NCBI GenBank assembly: GCA_045543375.1
Contig: JAZQMI010000119.1
Coordinates: 5,236-69,235, forward strand
DNA from: Eubacteriales bacterium
Lineage (GTDB): Bacteria > Bacillota > Clostridia > Oscillospirales > CAG-272
Direction of reading: 5' to 3'
DNA: 64,000 nucleotides
Notes under the pieces: generated by a model
Database searches by the model: none
Told to the model about the DNA's origin: nothing
What the model saw: the letters and a program-made list of their open reading frames with translations, nothing else
Shown here: one piece after another, positions 61,312 to 64,000 of the stretch
Numbering within the stretch: the first letter of the stretch is position 1
Layout: every line of letters starts with the position of its first letter
Translations under genes and position numbers: made by a program

Positions 61312-61566
61312 ATGGATCATTTGCATTCCAACGAACAAATCCCGTCCCCCGAGCAGGCACTTGAAAGCGTCTATTTAGCACTGCAACAAAAGGGTTATAA
61401 TCCCGTCATGCAGATCGTCGGCTATCTGCTGACCGAGGACCCAACCTATATCACCAATCACGAGGGTGCGCGAGCGCTGATCGGTCGCATTGACCGCGAC
61501 GAGCTGCTCAACGAGATCGTACGCTTTTATTTCGAGCAAAAGCATCCCGCGTCCTCGGAGGATTGA
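61312..61566 (+). CDS. ireB: IreB-family regulatory phosphoprotein (UPF0297)
   Basis: 84 aa with the ...GYNPV.QIVGYLL..DP.YIT.H..AR..I...DRDE..E.. pattern typical of IreB/DUF965. Confidence 0.88.
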   Translation: MDHLHSNEQIPSPEQALESVYLALQQKGYNPVMQIVGYLLTEDPTYITNHEGARALIGRIDRDELLNEIVRFYFEQKHPASSED

Positions 61567-62516
61567 CCGTGCAGCCATTCATTCGTATATATGACCTGCG
61601 CCGAGGAGAATTCTGTGATTTGCCCGATGCGCATTTCGTGCTGGCACTCGGCAATTTTGACGGCGTTCACGCAGCACATATGTCGCTGCTGTTGCGTGCC
61701 GCTCGTCTGGCGCAAGGGTACGGCTTAAAAAGCGCCGCGTGGTGCTTTGACCCGCCGTCTTCTGCCATTCTTCTGCCTTCTCAAAAGCAACTGTGCACAC
61801 TGCAAGAAAAGCTGTCGCTGCTTTCAAATTGCGGACTGGATTACGTATTCTTGGCTGATTTCACAAGCTTGCGCCATCTTTCTCCTTCCGAGTTTATTCT
61901 TGACGTACTGCAAAAGCAGGCGCACGCCGTACGCATCGTCTGCGGCTTTCACTTTCATTTCGGCAAGGGCGGGGTCGGTGATACAACGTTGCTTCAACGG
62001 TTTTTCGGGACCGATTGTGTCGACATTATCCCGCCCGTTTGTATTCCCCTGGGAGGACAGACAGCGGTTATTAGTTCAAGTGCCGTGCGCGCCTCGTTAA
62101 CACAAGGAAATGCTTCGGACGCCGCACGACTATTGGGACGTCCTTACAGCTTGACAGCCCCCGTCGTTCACGGCAAGGCACTCGGTCGCACGCTGGGCTT
62201 CCCTACCGTTAATCAGCAAGTCCCCACAGAAAAATTGATGCCAAAGCAAGGCATTTATGCCACTTGTGTCGATGTGGGCGACGAAGCTTACTTTGGCGTG
62301 ACCAATGTTGGCGTCCGCCCGACGGTCGACGCGGGTGACTCGCTTATCAACTGCGAAACGCACATTCTGGACCTGAATCGCGACTTATACGGACAGACGG
62401 TAACGGTTAAATTCATGCACCGCCTTCGTGACGAGCAGCGTTTTGATTCACTCGATGAGTTGCAGTCTGCGATATCGCAGGACATCGAACATACAAAAGC
62501 ATATTTTGAAAAGTGA
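61563..62516 (+). CDS. ribF: bifunctional riboflavin kinase / FMN adenylyltransferase
   Basis: [10 protein letters not shown] motif with a C-terminal riboflavin kinase domain (G..LG.PT.N, ..THILD). The true start may be GTG 61569, which has GGAGG 8 nt upstream. Confidence 0.9.
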   Translation: MTVQPFIRIYDLRRGEFCDLPDAHFVLALGNFDGVHAAHMSLLLRAARLAQGYGLKSAAWCFDPPSSAILLPSQKQLCTLQEKLSLLSNCGLDYVFLADFTSLRHLSPSEFILDVLQKQAHAVRIVCGFHFHFGKGGVGDTTLLQRFFGTDCVDIIPPVCIPLGGQTAVISSSAVRASLTQGNASDAARLLGRPYSLTAPVVHGKALGRTLGFPTVNQQVPTEKLMPKQGIYATCVDVGDEAYFGVTNVGVRPTVDAGDSLINCETHILDLNRDLYGQTVTVKFMHRLRDEQRFDSLDELQSAISQDIEHTKAYFEK

Positions 62517-62545
62517 GTGTTTGATCTGCCAAACACTCACTTTTC
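62512..62545 (+). terminator. intrinsic terminator after ribF
   Basis: AGTGAGTGTTT / AAACACTCACT stem followed by TTTT. Confidence 0.8.
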
Positions 62546-62619
62546 GTATCGTTACGCCCGAACAACTCCTTGATACGCGCATATTCTGTTACAGAACATG
62601 CACCAAGGAGGATTGCTAT

Positions 62620-63084
62620 ATGAATATCAACAGGCAAAATGCTATGAGCGGCACGGGCTATCTGCTTGTACGCGTCAGCACGGCACAGGGGGCGATTCCC
62701 GTACAAGGAGCAAAGGTGACCGTGCGGGATAACCTCGGTATGGAGGTGCCGGGCTCCAAGGGCTCGGTCATTACCGTCATGACAACCGACCGTGACGGCA
62801 GAACCGAACGTGTGGCACTCGCCGCACCGCCCAAGGGCGATGGATTGTCGCCGGGCGGATCTATCCCGTACGCCACCTACAACATTGACGTAGAAGCTCC
62901 CGGATATTATCGTCAGTTTTTCCATGCCGTTCCCGTCTACGATACCATTACGTCTATCCAGCCTGCGCTGCTCGTCCCAATTGCACAAAGCGGCAATCAA
63001 GACGGAATATCAAGCGACGATACAAATTTTGACTCGTTTGTCAATCCCGCATTGCGCCCACGCAATCAACAGCAAGAGAGGTGA
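62620..63084 (+). CDS. sleC: SleC-like spore cortex-lytic enzyme, N-terminal pre/pro-region as a separate 154-aa ORF
   Basis: ATG 62620 with AAGGAGG upstream. GYLLVRVSTAQGAIPVQGAKVTV... parallels the N-terminal beta-sandwich region of clostridial SleC. It ends at TGA 63082-63084, in frame with the next ORF. Confidence 0.65.
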   Translation: MNINRQNAMSGTGYLLVRVSTAQGAIPVQGAKVTVRDNLGMEVPGSKGSVITVMTTDRDGRTERVALAAPPKGDGLSPGGSIPYATYNIDVEAPGYYRQFFHAVPVYDTITSIQPALLVPIAQSGNQDGISSDDTNFDSFVNPALRPRNQQQER

Positions 63085-63090
63085 CAGAAA

Positions 63091-64000
63091 TTGAATTTTT
63101 CCGCCAATCTTCCCTTCATTCCCGATCGCATTACCGTTCATTTGGGAGCACCAAATAACAGCAGTGCCCCGAACGTGACGCTGCCTTTTATTGATTACAT
63201 TAAAAACGTTGCGTCCAGCGAGATCTATCCCACCTGGCCCGAAGCCGCCTTGCGCGCCAACATATTTGCCCAGATATCCTTTGCCCTCAACCGCATCTAT
63301 ACCGAATATTACCGTTCGCGCGGCTATCCCTTTGACATTACTTCCTCAACGGCGTACGATCAGTATTTTGTCAACGGTCGCGATATTTTTGAAAATATTT
63401 CTCAAATTGTGGATGATATTTTTGATTCTTATCTGCGCCGTCCCGGCAGCGTTGAACCGTTGTTTGCGCAATATTGCGACGGTATCAACGTGACCTGCCC
63501 CGGTGGACTTTCGCAATGGGGGAGCGTCGATCTCGCCGAGGCAGGGCTTGTTCCCTATGAGATTTTGCAACGTTATTACGGCGATGATCTGGAAATCGTT
63601 CGCAACGTGCCCGTCGGCAGCTTTGAAGCCTCTGCGCCACCCGTAGCACTGCGCCTCGGCTCATCAAGTGACGACGTCAGAACGGTGCAGATCCGCCTCA
63701 ACCGCATTTCTGACAATTACCCATCCATTCCCAAGATCGTTGCCGTAGACGGTATTTTTTTGGAGGACACGCAAGCTGCGGTCGAGCAGTTCCAGCGCAT
63801 CTTCGATCTGACGCCCGACGGCATTGTGGGACCCTCCACCTGGTATGCCATTGAGCGCATCTACAACAGCGTCAAGCGGCTCAACGAGCTCAACTCGGAA
63901 GGGCTATCTCTTGAAGAAGTGACCAATCAATATCCCGAGGTGCTTCGGCTGGGCTCGACGGGCATTGGCGTGAGCAATCTGCAATATTTTATCGACTATC
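63091..64000 (+). CDS. sleC: SleC-like spore cortex-lytic enzyme, catalytic domain plus peptidoglycan-binding repeats (3' end beyond window)
   Basis: Absent from the ORF track because it runs off the right edge. A TTG at 63091 is preceded by GAGAGGTG. My translation ...SSAPNVTLPFIDYIKNVASSEIYPTWPEAALRANI...YCDG...QWGS... is collinear with clostridial SleC. It is followed by PG_binding_1-like repeats (GSSSDDVRTVQIRLN...DGIVGPSTW). Confidence 0.75.
   Translation, partial: MNFSANLPFIPDRITVHLGAPNNSSAPNVTLPFIDYIKNVASSEIYPTWPEAALRANIFAQISFALNRIYTEYYRSRGYPFDITSSTAYDQYFVNGRDIFENISQIVDDIFDSYLRRPGSVEPLFAQYCDGINVTCPGGLSQWGSVDLAEAGLVPYEILQRYYGDDLEIVRNVPVGSFEASAPPVALRLGSSSDDVRTVQIRLNRISDNYPSIPKIVAVDGIFLEDTQAAVEQFQRIFDLTPDGIVGPSTWYAIERIYNSVKRLNELNSEGLSLEEVTNQYPEVLRLGSTGIGVSNLQYFIDY

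Noticed and set aside
63082-63084. The in-frame TGA in the sleC-like gene read as selenocysteine.
   Set aside because: No SECIS-like hairpin follows the TGA, and no selenoprotein precedent is known to me for this family. The position is a linker, not a redox site.
1-64000. CRISPR arrays, rRNA genes, IS elements with terminal inverted repeats, and long tandem or dispersed repeats.
   Set aside because: Reading the intergenic regions on both strands revealed no regularly spaced direct repeats, no transposase-like ORF and no rRNA-like conserved blocks. The only repeats noted are the tRNA 3'-end duplication and the 11-mer in the aro leader.

Overview
This 64-kb window looks like chromosomal DNA from a spore-forming Clostridia-type Firmicute. 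The evidence is spoIIID, a sleC-like cortex hydrolase, ireB, a CIRCE operator, Gram-positive GGAGG ribosome-binding sites, near-consensus TTGACA-17-TATAAT promoters and a GC content of roughly 55-60% by eye. Most of it is core housekeeping. This includes dacB-like and M14 peptidases, a TPP riboswitch with thiT, rsmE, a PucR-type regulator, an S41 protease, greA, ppdK, pth-mfd, pnuC and a lysine riboswitch with dapA-dapB-lysA. It also includes a YesL-SIS-ROK operon, a CAT-anticodon tRNA, an ABC-F ATPase, uxaC, htpG, an eight-gene aromatic amino-acid operon (tyrA to aroA), prs, ireB and ribF. The non-core parts are listed here in order of interest. (1) A tightly coupled four-gene operon at 54076-60286 encodes a TerB-N/C protein, an SGNH esterase, a DUF2791/BrxD-type ATPase and an Lhr-type helicase. 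It resembles the Shango anti-phage system plus an extra esterase gene, and I rate it the best candidate for an undescribed system variant. (2) A 75-codon ORF with 11 Tyr/Phe in a 20-residue block, followed by a perfect intrinsic terminator, lies directly upstream of the tyrA-pheA-aro operon. This suggests ribosome-mediated attenuation where a T-box would be expected. (3) A tyrosine recombinase sits beside an 851-aa 'polyvalent' protein (nuclease-like NHIEDRHG block plus HEFTH metallopeptidase) with mosaic base composition, which looks like a mobile-element remnant. (4) A 27-nt direct repeat of the tRNA 3' end lies 147 bp downstream of the intact tRNA. (5) An alpha/beta hydrolase is fused in frame to an AT-rich foreign-looking C-terminal domain. 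(6) A sleC-like gene is split by an in-frame TGA near the expected pro/mature junction. No CRISPR array, rRNA or intact transposon was seen. All functional calls rest on motif and family recognition by eye, and no searches were run.
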